Position numbers and translations under genes: made by a program | Notes under the pieces: model-generated | Seen by the model: only the letters and a program-made list of their open reading frames with translations | Told to the model about the DNA's origin: nothing | The model's database searches: none | In this document: piece after piece, positions 1-13,610 of the stretch | Layout of the letters: every line of letters begins with the position of its first letter | Position numbering within the stretch: position 1 is the first letter of the stretch | Assembly (NCBI GenBank): GCA_028534125.1 | Contig: CM052816.1 | Coordinates: 70,000,001-70,064,000 of the forward strand | Reading direction: 5' to 3' | Source of the DNA: Lama glama | Lineage: Eukaryota | DNA: 64,000 nt

Positions 1-3000
1 GCTTCCTCAAATTATAGCAATTATTTATTGATCTCTTCCCCCAGTAAAGCTGGCATTAGAACAAATGAGTTTCTGAATTTTGAAGCCCAAGTTATTCTGA
101 CATAGAATCCCTGTCTTTGCCTGCAGAAGACATGTAAGGTACTGCAGCTGAGTTGAACTGCTGCCAAAGACAGAATAAAAAGGCTTGGCATCTCTCACAT
201 ACTTGACACCTAAAGGGCACAGAAGCTCTAACATTCCTAGTCCCTGTAGGCACACTCCCAGTCTAGACAAACTGATTTCTCACACTTTTAAAATGCATCA
301 CAACACTCTATTGTTATCATTTCACCCACACAGCTTCAGCTGGTGACAGAAGAACCTGTCCTTTAAGCGACATTTCAATGGGCTAAAGCTCCCATTCCAA
401 GATTCCATTAAAACAATGTATTACTTGAAAAGAACTACAAGGCACTATGTGGAAATCTTGTGTCTTTAATCTTTGCTTTCCCTCAAAGTTCTCACTGATC
501 TACCTGCGACTCAATTTTTGAAAATAAATAAATAAACATCTGCAAACTACTTAAACTTTATTAAACCTAATGATAGTCTCTCTAGATTTCTACTTCTCTA
601 TTGCAGTATGGATCATGTGTAATTTTTTTTAAAACCCATTTATAAAAGAAATGCTCTGAAGATGTCAATACTGTCTTTTACAGACTTCTCATCAGATTGG
701 TAAAATTGGTAATTTATAAATATTAAGTCATAAATGTTCTATAATTACAAAATAGTTAAATCACATAAGATATGAGAAGCCTTCAAGTTGGCACCTGTAG
801 AACCTCAAGACTCACCAGTTAATCATTATCTATAAATTCTAATAAAACAAGTTATCCTATAGATAATATACACAGACTTACTGAATTTTAAAACTTCTAA
901 TTTTTAAACAGTAGGATCAAGCATGAAACCTATATTTCTATTAAACAATGTCACTATCTTAATAAAATTTCAGAAATACAATCTTATATACAATATACTA
1001 TTTTAGGAAACCGCAACTAATTAGCTAATCATGATTCATAGATTAAAGAGCATTCAAATAAAAATTTGCTACTGAAAAGAAGCGTATCATAATTTCAATG
1101 TTCTACTCTTTCGGTACTATCTCTTCCACAATTTTAAACTCTAGAAGAGCTGATAGCTGACCTTCCATTTTAGAAGTCTTCTTAAATGGAAGAGGAGTTT
1201 AAAAAATCATTAAGAAAGTATGTGCCAGTATATGTTAATGAACTCTATTTTTCAAATACCAACTTCCATTATAAAATATTAGTTTTCCATACAAAAACTG
1301 TATGATTCGGTTATCAACTGTCCCCATTTATCTTGTGTGAATTCAACTTTTTTCTTTTTTAAACAAAGGAAGCAGGGAACAAGCAATGGGAAGTTGGTGT
1401 CAAAATGCAGAAAAACCTCCCAGCAAGCTACTTGCAACCACCCAGGATTTAGAGTCTTGCTGGCCGCTCTCTTTTCAATACCAGAATTTCACACATTTCA
1501 ATGACTATTATGACTTCAAAGAATCAAATTTTCATCATTGTCCGTCATCTGCCGGTTGATTTGTATAAAGGAGTTCTTCTGCATGCACTCCAAACAAAAG
1601 CCTCCTTACTTTTGTGGCTATATATCAAGTTTAAAAGTTTTGTTTGTGACAGTTGTGTCTTTGGTAAATTAGGGTAACACTGAAGGAGTGCAGCTGCTCT
1701 GCAGGAACCTCCTTTTTGGCACCATTTCACTTAAATAAAAACTGAATAATTAGCTTCTGCCTTTATTAAACCACAAAAATGCCACTGGCCTTAGTAATTA
1801 CTTCCGGTTGCCCCACCCACTTAACCTTAATAGTTTATACTTGTCATAAAGAGAAATAAATGAAAAAGGTTTTCACCACTTTAAGATGAATTTTTGATAG
1901 GTCTTTCAGTATACCCAGAAGAGCCAAAACTCTCACCAGGCTTTTTGGTAGTAAGTTCACTAAATTGCATGTTGTTATGGATCAATGTTGAAAAGTTTTA
2001 ATAGAGTACATACTGGAACATTAACAAATACTGCTCACAGAAACATGTTCTATTGCAGACTATTAGTTACCAATTAATTATGTGTTAAAATCTATTTTAG
2101 GGCTAAAATGATCTAAATTTGATGATTCTGTTTATATTGTACTTCAACCATGAAAGATGTTAAAAGGAAAATAACATTAGATCTGTAATAAAACTTCCTT
2201 TCAAGTACCCTCAGATACTTAACACAAGAAATTCATTAAATGATCTCATAAATAATGAAGGACATTTTACAAAATAAAATTTACAGTTTGAAAAATAATA
2301 AAGAGTTGGCAGATAGCATAACCATATGTATTTACTTAGCACAGAAGAACTTTAAACACTTCCAAAAAGTTAGTGGCCATAGTGATTAAAGCTACGATCA
2401 AAACTAAAAATTAGAAGTGTGCCGGTGGAACTAATTTTTGTTTGTTTGTTAAAGCAACACATTGATCTGGGAGTCCAATCAGATAGTGAAACAAGTGTTG
2501 AAATATGACATCTATTATATCTTGCATATCGGGCAAAGCTATCATGAAAACAAGTTTAGTTTTAAGTGGAATGTTGTTAAGACAGAAAGAGATCAGGCAA
2601 ATGATGTGGTAATCATAGAACAAGTAAAAAACTAAGAATTAGAAATGTGTCTCAATCTCAGACTATTTTCATTACTCCTAGAACCTTCTGAGCAGGACAG
2701 GGTAGAGCAATGGTTAAAAGCAAAGGGCTTAATCAAAACTGGTTAGAATCCCCACTTAGAACTTTTGTCAAAAACAATGAGCACGATATACATTAAGTAA
2801 ATTTAAGTATGCAACTACACCCTGAAAAGCCTATGACATTCATGAAAGTAAAGGAATAAGGTACAATTTACCTTTATTCATTTCAGTTCAAATTGAAAGA
2901 TCTGACTATGCCAAGTTATCTACACCAGGGACTAAGGAGAATATAAAAATAAGACTTTATTCCTGAATTTAGGAGGTCTATAATCTGTGCATCCATAGGA

Positions 3001-3035
3001 GGGAGGATAACTAAATAATCATTACTGTAAAATAC

Positions 3036-3225
3036 AATGTTGGTTAAGAGCAAGGAATCATCATTCAGATAAATCTGGAGGAACCCAAGCTCTACCATTT
3101 GCTACCTGTGCAGTACTGACAAGTTGCTTAAACTCTTGTCAGTTTCCTCCTTTAAAAAATGCTCAACAAAACCTACCTCATAGCACTGGCTGGAAGGACT
3201 AAGTCAGGTTATGAAGTAAAATGTT
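3036..3225 (+). mobile_element. MIR SINE remnant
   Basis: MIR core: ctctaccatttgctacctgtg...acaagttgcttaaactct..tcagtttcctcctttaaaaaatg...acctacctcatag. Confidence 0.75.
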
Positions 3226-5924
3226 AAAAATGCCATGGGAGTCAAACAAAAGAGACTGCACTTGGTTTGAAAGGTGCAAAAGTATCAGAAAATACTTTTT
3301 CTGACTGAAGATGGAGACAGAAGATGATTCTTTCAGGATATTTATGATTTTAAAAAGATACTGTTAAAACATTTAACAATATTAAAGAGAAATTTTAAAA
3401 AATACATCCATATGTTTAAAACCTTAGCAACTGCTTTTATGTATATTACCTACCAATAATTATCTATATACATATCTACTTTATATACTTCTGTTATTTT
3501 GCCTTGATTATTTTCAAGTATCCGATCACTTATTTTTTTCCATGTAGTTACCCAGTATTCATATTTCTTGTTTTAATGGCCTCCTTAATAACCTATTAAA
3601 TTGATATGCCACAATTTCTTAGCCAATTCCTCATTAATGAAAAATCAAATTGTTTTATTATTTCTTTTAAAGCATAGATTAATGCAATGAAAATTTCAGT
3701 AGCCTAATTCTTTAAGGTTAGTCACTGAGGGTAATATTAATTGGCTCAGTGGTTATAATAACTTCCATGATTCCTGACATGCTATCAAATTGCTTCCCAA
3801 AAGGGAGGCGAAATCTTATATTGCCACCCACTATGTAAGCCAATTTCCATTTATGCTCTCAAGGCAGAGAAACAGGTATATGTTAATTGGATTGAATTTA
3901 TTTATTGTGTATTCTTCCATACAAAACTATAAAGAAGAAAATGAGTTTGACTTTTGATTTCTAAACGCATTTTAAAGATTAACAAAATTTCCTCAAAATT
4001 GACCTGAATGATGTTACTTTATAGGGGCTGCTACCAGAAGAAACAGGCACAAAAAGGTAACACTCACCTAAAATCTAATTAACTGTTCAAAATATAACTC
4101 TGGAACATCATACAGATGTATAACTTCTTTGTAATGGTGTTAAGGATGGTGAATGTTTTCAGATTCTTTCTGTACATAGTCATATTTTATAGTACATGAT
4201 TTAACATATGGCATAGCTAAGTCAAGTCTATTAAACAGCTACTTTAAGACACAATCTATAATTCTTTAAATAAAAATGATACAGAAATAAACTTTCTTTT
4301 CCCCAAATCAAGAAAATTCACTGGACAACTTCAATCACTTGAAATAATCTTTGTTTCCTACCAGCTTTGAAACAACAAAAAGTCACTTAAAAAAAAAAAA
4401 AGCTTAATAAATAAATGAATAGTCTATACTGCCTCAGTGAAAGTATGCTTCACTGAAGCATTTTGAAAGTTATTATGTTAATAATTTGTTTAACTTAGAA
4501 GATATAATGTATTGAGAATGATCAATTTTTAATATCTAGAATACCCCCCTTTTTTGTTGTTTTTAATGCACTGCTCCAGAAATTTTTGGATTTTTAAATC
4601 ACTAAGTCATGCAGCTGTATTATATCACATAGCAACTTTTCCAGAAGCTGAAATAAAGGGGGAAAAAATTAGGCCACAAAGCACTTGAAACTTACATAGC
4701 ATACTAAATTTTGAAAAGATCCAATCTGTTATTTCTTAATCAAATATTCCTCCTCATACCCTGGTAATAAATTAAAAGGCTGACATACACACAACATAAA
4801 TTAAGAATTATGAGAACAAAAGCCACAGCAGTGGAGAACTAAATATGAAATAACTGCTGAATAAACATCAGGGCAAAGGAACAGAAGGTAAATAAACATC
4901 CTAAAATCAAGTGATGGTTTAAGCAATAAATGAATTAGTTAAATCTGGAGAGAAAGCTGGAAATAATAAAAAATAATGGCTCTAAAGCTGAATGCTTCTG
5001 CTTTAATAAAACAATATTCAAGAGGCATTATGTGAAAATCAAGCTAGATTACAAGGAGACAAAAAAATATAAGACAATCCCTCATTAATTTAGCATCAGA
5101 ATAAAAGTTAAGCTATGCAATAGAAATCTCCCTTCTGACTTAGGAGCTGATAGTTGTTCAGTTAACTGAAAACATTAGTGAAAACAGAGGACCATTAAGT
5201 AAGCAAATATGCACGTGCACATATACACAGGCACACTTTAAACACTGACACAGCCACAGTTTAAACATTGTATTATAACTCAAAAAGTGTACCTGTATTT
5301 TTAAAATAATCTTCTGATATAGGGCCAGTGATTAGAATTCCAAGTGTTGTTTCTTTCATAAACTACCAAGAAAATGCATAATTAACAATTTATAGTTTTG
5401 GTTTTTTAAATGTGAAGTGAGAACAGAAAGACATTTTTGAAACAACATGAGTCCAAAATCTGTCTAGATCTCCCTTTACATCACAATGTTTTATAATTGT
5501 TTCACCGGCACCTAATTTGACAAAAATTGTGCTAGAAATTCACCTTTATTATCTTTTCAAAGTATTCAAGAGAACTGACATAGAAAGAACTCTTTGTTCC
5601 CCATATAGCAGCATTCAGACCACAGTATCCAATTAAATTATATAATTACAATGGCAAGTAAAACTGGCATAGAAAGGTGTGGAAACAAGCACAGCTGAAT
5701 CTTGGTAAACATATTACTCATTACTGACAGCTGAAGGCTGGTAGTATACTAAAATGAAATCTAAATTAAGGCATAGTATGCTGCGTCTCAGGGTGTTGGT
5801 AAAGATGTTTCATAGAAAGAAATGAGAACATCAATAACTGTGTAAATTGTTAAAGACTGGTTTTAAAAAGTAAAGATTCATTAATCCCCTAAGTGTAAAA
5901 GATCGTTACATGTAGCATATGGAT

Positions 5925-6240
5925 TTTCATTGGGATCCAAGATGGAGTAACAGGTATCAGACTACCACTGTTACCATATAAAACTATAAAATTGGGAAAG
6001 CTATTTTAAGGAAACCTTTTCAAGTATTAGACAACTGGATAACAGGCAGCATCATCCTGTTATCCCTGAAAGAAGGAAAACTCATGATGTAGTCCTACAG
6101 TTGTCCCAGCTTTATCCCTTGAGACACATTCTAGACTACGATGGAGCCCAAGCAGAACACAGCAATCTCACTAAGCGGAGAATGTAGGGATTAGAGTTCA
6201 GGGTTGCTGAAGTAACTAACATTTGTGAGGCAGAACACTG
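5925..6240 (+). mobile_element. Old L1 (L1MC/MD-like) 5' region; ORF1/ORF2 pieces of similar age follow at ~9075-10745
   Basis: ccaagatggagtaacagg...caagtattagacaactgg...atccctgaaaga resembles L1M 5' ends. Confidence 0.6.
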
Positions 6241-6244
6241 AAGA

Positions 6245-9070
6245 GGAGCAATTAGGCAAGGAAAAGAAATCAAAGGCATCCAAATCCGAAAGAAGTAAAA
6301 TTCTGTTCACAGATTTAGGATTCCACACACAATCACAAAACCTGTTGGAGCTAATTGAATAAGTTCAGCAAAGTGGCAGGATATTTTAAAAAATCACACA
6401 ACAAAATCAGTTGTGTTTCTACAAACTAACAATGAATGATATGAAAAGACAAGAAAATAATTACAACTGAAAAGTTATATGTACCCCTCTGCTCACTGCA
6501 GAATTATTTCCAATAGCTAAGATATAGAAACAACCCATGTTCAGTGATAAAAAGATAAAGATGTGGTGTATGTAAAAACAAAGGAATAATACTTAGCCAT
6601 AAAAAATAACGAAATCTTGCCATTTGCAACAACATGGATGGACCCAGAAGGTATTATGCTAAGTGAAATAAGCCAGACAGAGAAAGACATATATTATATG
6701 ATTTCACTTATATATAGAATCTAAAAAACAAAACAGAAACAGACTCATAGATATAAGAAACTGGTGGTTATCAGAGGGAGAAATGGAGGTGGGTGAAATA
6801 GGTGAAAGGGAATAAAAGGTACAAATTTTCAGATATAAACTAAGTCATGGGATGTAATGTATATCAAACAGAATATAGACAATAATATTGTTAAAACTGT
6901 TTGGTAACAGAGAGTAGACAGATTTATTGTGGTTTAAAAAAAATGGAAAAAAGTGCCAAGACCACTAACAAATGGTGCTGGGAAAACTGCATTTCCAAAT
7001 GCCAAAGAATAAAGTTGGATTTGGATTCTTTACCTTATACCACATATAAAAGTAAGCTCAAAATGGACCAAAGACATAAATGTAAAAGCTTAAAACTATA
7101 AAATGCCTATGTTTTATGCACCAAAGGACATATAACTAATAAAGGATTAATACCCAGAATATACAAAGAACTCCTTCAACTCAGTAAAAAACCCAAATAA
7201 GAAATGGGCAAGTACTTGAACAGACATTTCTCCAAAGAAGATACACAAAAGGCTAATGAGCACATGAAAAAAATGCTCAATATGACTAGTTATTAAGAAA
7301 ATGTAAATCAAAACCACAATGAGATACATTTCACACCCACTAGTGTCACCAAATTCAGATTCGGCTGCTCGTCGACTTCTTAAAAGCCAATAATCAGGAA
7401 ACAAGTGTCAATAGAAAGGAAAGGTTCTGGCAATCCAGGGGAGAAGGTGGACTCACGTCCCAAGACCAACTCCTAAAATTGTGCCCAGCCACGACAGTTT
7501 TTAAAGGAAAAAAAGGTGGGGGGTGTTAGTGAATCATCAAGGAAGGAGGTTGGGTCTGCATCATTCTCCACTGTGTGCAAACTGGCTGACTCTCTCTTCA
7601 GATGTTACCTTGCTTGAGTGATCTGCCTGCAGGATTACTAAGGGGGCTCTTAGGGGTACAAATTTAATCATTCTTTAACTGTTTAGTTCTCATTCTTACT
7701 TCTTTTTATCTAGGAAAAGAATTAACAGGTTAGGCAAGGCATGGTGTACATTCAGGAGAACATAAGTCAGGAGTTAGTTTCAATTGCTTAGTGATCTCAT
7801 TCCTATAATTAGGTTCTTTTAAGGTTAGAGTGGGACAGAAATGGGCAAGAAGGAAAGGGGCAAAAGAGCTGCTTTCAATTCCCCACTGTCAAACATCAAT
7901 CCATTTCTTTTGGATTAGGGGTGAAGGTCCACCTTCTGTAACTTCTTCATGCTAACAGGATGCCATATTCTCAGAATGGAAGACGTCAACATGGGTCTGC
8001 AGGATCTCTTTGCTGACAATTTTAGCTGCCTGCTTATATATACAGGCAGAGCAAGATACAAATATTTTGATGCCCACAAAGATACAGATTATTATGAGCA
8101 ATAATGTTAATCCCATTCTCTTGAGGCCAGTTCTTGGAACTGTGCTAACCATAGATTCATTACTGCTCAAGATGAAGCAGCTTATGCCATGTCTACAGTT
8201 TGGTCATCATACGAGTTAGGTTTTTTTTCTTTCCTCTGGTGGCCATTATAGTATCTGTAAAACAACTCAGGAATGTGCATTAAACACTGAGTCTGTGACT
8301 ATATTGTCCCAATCATTAACTGCTTGGCTTTGTATTTGGGAGACAGAGGTAGCCTTCAGTGTTCTGCTTGGTTCCATTAGGATGGCTGTTCTCTAAAACA
8401 CAGAAAGTAAGTGCTGGTGAGGATGCAACACTTGTGTTACTGGTGGGAATGTGAAAATGGTACAGCCACTGTGAAAAACAGTATTGTAGTTCTTCAAAAT
8501 GTTAAACATAGAATCACCATATAATCCACAATTCCACTTCCAGGTATATACCCAAAAGAATTAAAAGCAGGGACTACAACAGCTGTTTGTACATCCATGT
8601 ATATAGAAGTGTTATTCACAACAGGCAAAGGTGGAAACAACCCAAATGTCTATCAAAGGATTAATGGATAAACAAAACGTGGCATATACACACAACATAA
8701 CCTTAAAAGGAAAGAAATTCTGACACATGCTACAAAATGGATGAACCTTGAAAACATCATGATAAATGAAATAAGCCAGTCACAAAATGACAAATATTTT
8801 ATGTTTCTGCTTATGTCATACAATATTTAGCAAATTCACAGAGACAAAAGGTATGATAAAGGTTACCAGGTAGTAGGGAAAGGGAGTAATGAGGAATTAT
8901 TGTTTAATGGGTTCAGAGTTTCTGTTTGAGGTCATGAAAATGTCCTGGAAATGGATAGTGGTGATGGTTGCACACCATTTTGAATGTGCTTAATATCACT
9001 GAATCGCACATTTGCAGTGGTTAAAATGATAAATTTTGTATTATGTATATTTACTACAATATAAAAAAAA
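6245..9070 (+). mobile_element. L1 (L1MB-like) ORF2 fragments and 3' end, interrupted by a younger L1 3' end (~6470-6935) and an ERV1 LTR (7344-8376)
   Basis: gcaattaggcaaggaaaagaaatcaaaggcatccaaat; aacaaatggtgctgggaaaactg; atcaaaaccacaatgagatac; 3' UTR ending ttaaaatgataaattttgtattatgtatatttactacaat plus A-tail. Confidence 0.85.
7344..8376 (-). mobile_element. ERV1-class solo LTR (~1.03 kb) inserted in L1
   Basis: TG...CA termini. 4-bp TSD ctag (7340-7343) / ttag (8377-8380) splits the L1 motif cacacccactaggatggct. Sequence resembles artiodactyl ERV1 LTRs (ttcggctgctcg...aaaagccaataa; ttgaggccagttct; gcagcttatgccatgtctacagtttggtcatcat). Orientation is inferred. Confidence 0.8.
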
Positions 9071-9143
9071 AGGAAATGGAGTGACATCCTTTAAGTACTA
9101 AAACAAAAACCTTCAATCTAGAATTCTATATCCAATGAAAGGT

Positions 9144-9554
9144 TGCTATGGACTGAATGTCAGTATCATTCAGCATCCCCCTGCTCCCCAAATTCATTTG
9201 TGAATACTTAAGCCCAAATATGATTGTATTTGGAGACAAGACCTTTGGTAAGCAGGATTAGATGGGTCATGATACAGGGTCCTTATGATGGGATTAGTGT
9301 CTTCATAAGGAGAGACACCAAGGTGCTTGCTGTCTCTGTCTCTGTCCCTCTCTTAATCTCTCTCCCTTGCCTGCCATATGAGGATGCAGTGAGAAGGCAG
9401 CATGTACTAGCCACAGAGACAATCCTAACCAGAAACCAAACACAGAGGAACCTGGATCTTGAACTTCCAGCCTCCAGAACTATGAGAAAATAGATATCTG
9501 TTGTTTAATCCATTCAGTCTATCATATTTTGCTACGGTAGCCTGAACTAAGACA
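9144..9554 (+). mobile_element. MaLR solo LTR (MLT1A-like)
   Basis: tgctatggactgaatgt...cccaaattcat...tgtatttggagac...cttccagcctccagaactatgagaaaata...ctaagaca. Confidence 0.88.
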
Positions 9555-10745
9555 ACGTCTTTCAAAAACAGAGGCAAATTCAAGGCATTTCCAGATACAA
9601 ACAAAAGCTAAGAGCTTTTGTCCCAGTAGATGCACTACAAGCAATGTTAAATGAAGTCCTTTAGGCTGAAGGAAATACCAGATGGAAATCTGCATCTATA
9701 GGGAGGAATGAAGAACACCAGAAATGGTAAATTTTTGAGTAAATATAGAATTTTTTTTGTTTCTTTATTTCTTTAAAAGATAAGTGATTGTTTAAGGCAA
9801 TATTAATAATTTACCATGAGGTTTATAAATTATGTGGAAATCTATGTCAACATTAACACAAGACTAGAGTGACAGATGGAAGCACTGTTTTAAGGTTCTT
9901 ATGTTACACGTAAAGTGATATATTATTAGTTCATAATAGAATGTACAAAGTTAAGAATGCATATGGTAACCCCTAAAGCAACCACTTAAAAAAGAGGTAC
10001 AGCTAAAACATCAATAGGGAAGATAAAACAGGTTTCCAAAAATGTATTTAATCTAAAAAAGAGGATGAGAAACGTAGGGAGGAAGAGAGGAGAAAAGAAA
10101 TCAAATGTGAATTAAAAGGCAGAGACTGTCAAACTACAGAAAATAAAAGCAAGAGCCAAATACACGGGCAACGGACAAACTTTAAATATAAGCTCATAAA
10201 CTGGTTAAAAGTAAACGGGTGGAATAAGATGCACCATGCAAAACTAAGAATAAGAAAATGGTAACAGCTATATAAATGCCATCAAAGTAGACTTCAGAAC
10301 AAGGATTAGCACCAGGATAAAGAGGGGTGTTACATAAGAATAAAAACATCAATTCATCAAGAACACATAACAGTCTTCAATGTTTATGTATCTAATAGTG
10401 GAGCTTCAAAATAACTGCAGCAAAAAAGTGATCAACTAACAGAAGAAACTATAATTTAAGATGTTAACACTTCTCTCTCAGTAACTGACAGAAGACATAG
10501 ACAAAAATATCAGTAAAGATAAAGAAAACTTGAGTAACACTATTAACCAGTGTAAAACTTAACTGAAATTTATAGACCACCCAACCCCAAAACTAAAAAA
10601 TGCACATTCTTTCCAAATATATATGAGAAACATTAACCAAAATAGACTATATTCTGAGCCATAAAAATAAAAAGTCTAAAGAAATTTCAAAATTAAAATC
10701 ATTAGTATCACTGACCATAATACAATTAAATTAGAAATAAAAAAT
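9555..10745 (+). mobile_element. Old L1 ORF1 end, inter-ORF region and ORF2 endonuclease remnant
   Basis: aaagtagacttcagaacaagg, caattcatcaagaacacataacagtc, aaccaaaatagactatattctgagccataaaa. Confidence 0.8.
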
Positions 10746-11299
10746 AATATAGTTCATCAAATAAATAATGAAGATAACTACCATACATATTTTAGCAGAT
10801 GATCACCTTGCACTGTTCTGGAAAGGCTTTTTAATAAGAATATAGGCTGACACACAAGACAGGGAGAGTATTTCTCAGATACATTCTTTATATAACAACT
10901 TTACAGTGCATTATAAAAAACAGTAATAGCAGTCGGAGCACTAATTGCTATGCAGTGGCCTAATATTTTACATGTATGTATCACAGAAATATATCAACCT
11001 GCATACCCACAAACTGATAGTATAATGACAGCTAAGTTCATGTTGATCCTCAGGATGTACTAAGCTTTCTAATTCAATGCTACACCATTTAAGTTTTATG
11101 TGTTTTTATTATTTTCTAATTCTTAGATGTACTTTATTTATCTATTAGATAGAACCTGTCACACCCCATGTGTCAGAGTTTGAAAGGCATCTACAGAACT
11201 GGATAATGTATATTAAAAAAAAAAAATACAGGCTAGGTAGAGCCATATCTCTAAAATTACATAGAGTGAACTAGTTTAAAAAAAAACCCCTCTCAAGAA

Positions 11300-11790
11300 G
11301 GTTAATTATCTTTAGGTGTCAAAACAATTTAAAATATTAATACTAAATAAACCCTTTGATTTAGTAATCCCACTTCAAAGAATCAATTCTAAAATAAAGA
11401 TAATATCAAAGATTAGACTTAAGAATAAAGATGTTGATTCTAGCGTTGTGTCTAACCACAAAAATTGTAAACAACTTGCAGTATAAGATATATTATGGTC
11501 TCGTCATACAATGGGATTTGATATATTCACTGACAATCATTCTTTTGAATAATTTTAAAAACAAAGATACAATCTAATGCAAATGAAGTGAAAAAAGCAG
11601 GACATCAAACTATAAAGCATAATTTGTGTTATATATAGGTATGTTGGATGTTGGTGTGTTTAAATATTCATATAAAAAAAAGAAGTAAATTCACCAAGAC
11701 TATGAAATTAAAGGTGATTTTAATTTTTTTAGATGTTAAAATTTTCAAGTTAATGTCTCTATAATGTACATGTTACTATTAAAATCAGTA
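11300..11790 (+). mobile_element. Ancient L1 (L1ME-like) 3' end remnant
   Basis: accctttgatttagtaatcccacttc...; aagtgaaaaaagcaggacatcaaac; degenerate. Confidence 0.55.
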
Positions 11791-12639
11791 AAAAAAAGAT
11801 TGTTTTTAATGATCAACTATATTGTTTAATAATACGAGTAAGGCCAAAATAAGTTATACTTCAATAAAAATAAATAAATAAAAATAAATTTAAATTTAAA
11901 AAATAGATTATGACTAAAGAAATTTTTCATTGGAATGATAATTATATAGCAATACATCTACACAAATGATTGTCATAAAGTATGGAAGGAAAGACGGTAA
12001 CATCACAGATGATTTAGTAACATGCCATAGGCTATTAGAAAAGGCAAGTTACATGACCAATTTTACATATACTGACATACACAAATGAACACACTTTACT
12101 ATATAAGACCATTGAAATTGAGACCAATATTTTGCTCTCAGATCCCCTAGAACTCAATATCTGAACAACAAATTGACTTAGAACAGCAGTCTTCTCAATT
12201 CATTCAGATTCAATTAAGTGTAACAATCATAATTCCAGTTTGCTTTCCTTTTCAGGCTAACAAGTCCAAACAGGAAAAAAAAAAGGTGGGAGATGGGGAG
12301 GAAAAGAACTTTTATTGAAGGATGAAATAAGCAAGATACTGTATTCTCCTATTGTTTAATGTAGGTATTCTCAATTAACTTTCAAAGCAACTTTAAAAAA
12401 TGTTTTAATTTTATAAGAGGAGGACACTCAGAGATTAAATAATATGCTTAGGGTTACACAGCTAAAAGAAGGGATTTAAAGACCTAATGCTATATCTATA
12501 AATAAACCCATGGTCTTCCCATTATCCCAAGTTTCTCATTAGGTTGAAATTCTCAGGTAATATAATGTACAAGTCATGATATTTCTTCTTACGGTTAGTA
12601 AATGTCTTAAAAAGTCCTGTATATTCCCAAAGGGGGAAA

Positions 12640-13180
12640 TAAGACAATGAGAGAAGAAAGCAATTATAGAGTAGGACCATCTCTGTCTCTCCTCTCTAGA
12701 TCTGATGTAGCTCCCCCATCATTTTGGAAGAAGTAGAGGAAGAAAGAAGCAATGAAAGAAAAAGGGTAAAAGGAACAGAAGTATGGAAGAAAGAAGAGAA
12801 AAGAGAGGAAGAACAAAAAAGGGAGGAGAAGAGACATAGAGGAGTGAAAAAAAGAAAAGAATGATGATAGCCAAAGAATTGGCCAGAGAACCAAAACCAG
12901 ACAGAGACAGAGGAGGAAGGTGCAGAGGAAGAGAAAGAAATAGCTAGCCACTGAACGGGGCATTGATGGGGGTGGGAGGAAACACAAGCAGCCAGAAAGG
13001 GAAAGAGAGAACTGTCAGCTACATAGCAAAAGGGCAACAGAGTGACAAAGAGAGAGGGAAAAAAGCCATAAAAACAGTGGGAAGAGAGACAAATTCTAAG
13101 AAGCAGAGAGAAAGGGGGAGAAAGGAGAGGCAGAGAGAAAGGGGGAGAAAGGAGAGGCAGAGAGAGAAGTAGAATCAAAG
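12640..13180. repeat. Purine-rich low-complexity tract containing a 27-bp tandem repeat (13103-13165)
   Basis: A/G-dominated plus strand; gcagagagaaagggggagaaaggagag is repeated exactly at 13103-13129 and 13130-13156, plus a partial third copy. Confidence 0.9.
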
Positions 13181-13481
13181 TTAGGATGAAGACAGATAAC
13201 CACCAACATCAGCCCAAGCCACCAGCCGAAGCAAGCTCCAGAAGCTTAAATGTATTCAGGACTTTGTCAGCACCTACCTGGTGGACAGCAGCTCAGACAA
13301 TTCCTTATCTTCCTTTACCCTAATTAGAAATCTCCACAATTTCCCCCCTTTTTTGGTAGGGGGAGGGTGTGGAGTTGGGGGTGGCGGTGTAGGAGAGCCA
13401 TGGAGAGTGGGGAATTAAGAGGAAGAAGATGAATTTATTATTTCAAGTCCCAAAATAACCTTTATCAAAAGGCAATTTTCA

Positions 13482-13610
13482 GGGGAGAGGGTATAGCTCA
13501 AGTGATAGACTGCATGCTTAGCATACACAAGGTCCTGCATTTAATCCCCAGTACCTCCTCCAAAAATAAAAAAATAAACAAGTAAGCCTCCCCTCATGCC
13601 CCTCCAAAAA
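13482..13610 (+). mobile_element. tRNA-derived camelid SINE (Vic-1-like)
   Basis: ggggagagggtatagctcaagtgatagactgcatgcttagcatacacaaggtcctgcatttaatccccagtacctcc (A box, degenerate B box) followed by an A-rich/C-rich tail. Confidence 0.88.

Noticed and set aside
1419..1462. Inverted repeat ccagcaag / cttgctgg
   Set aside because: An 8-bp stem with a 28-nt loop is expected by chance in 64 kb.
4061..4080. Minus-strand TTTTAG|GTGAGT recursive-splice-like motif
   Set aside because: The pyrimidine tract is only four T with another AG just upstream; too weak to report.
12664..13178. Three overlapping ORFs of 69-160 aa (L/F/S-rich and K/R/E-rich)
   Set aside because: They result from the purine/pyrimidine low-complexity tract being poor in stop codons; no recognisable protein.
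13355..13415. G-rich stretch as a possible G-quadruplex
   Set aside because: Only three closely spaced runs of three or more G; the fourth is far away.
13482..13560. tRNA-like sequence (also at 52170-52242 and 61895-61968)
   Set aside because: These are SINE heads with degenerate stems, A-rich tails and TSDs, not functional tRNA genes.
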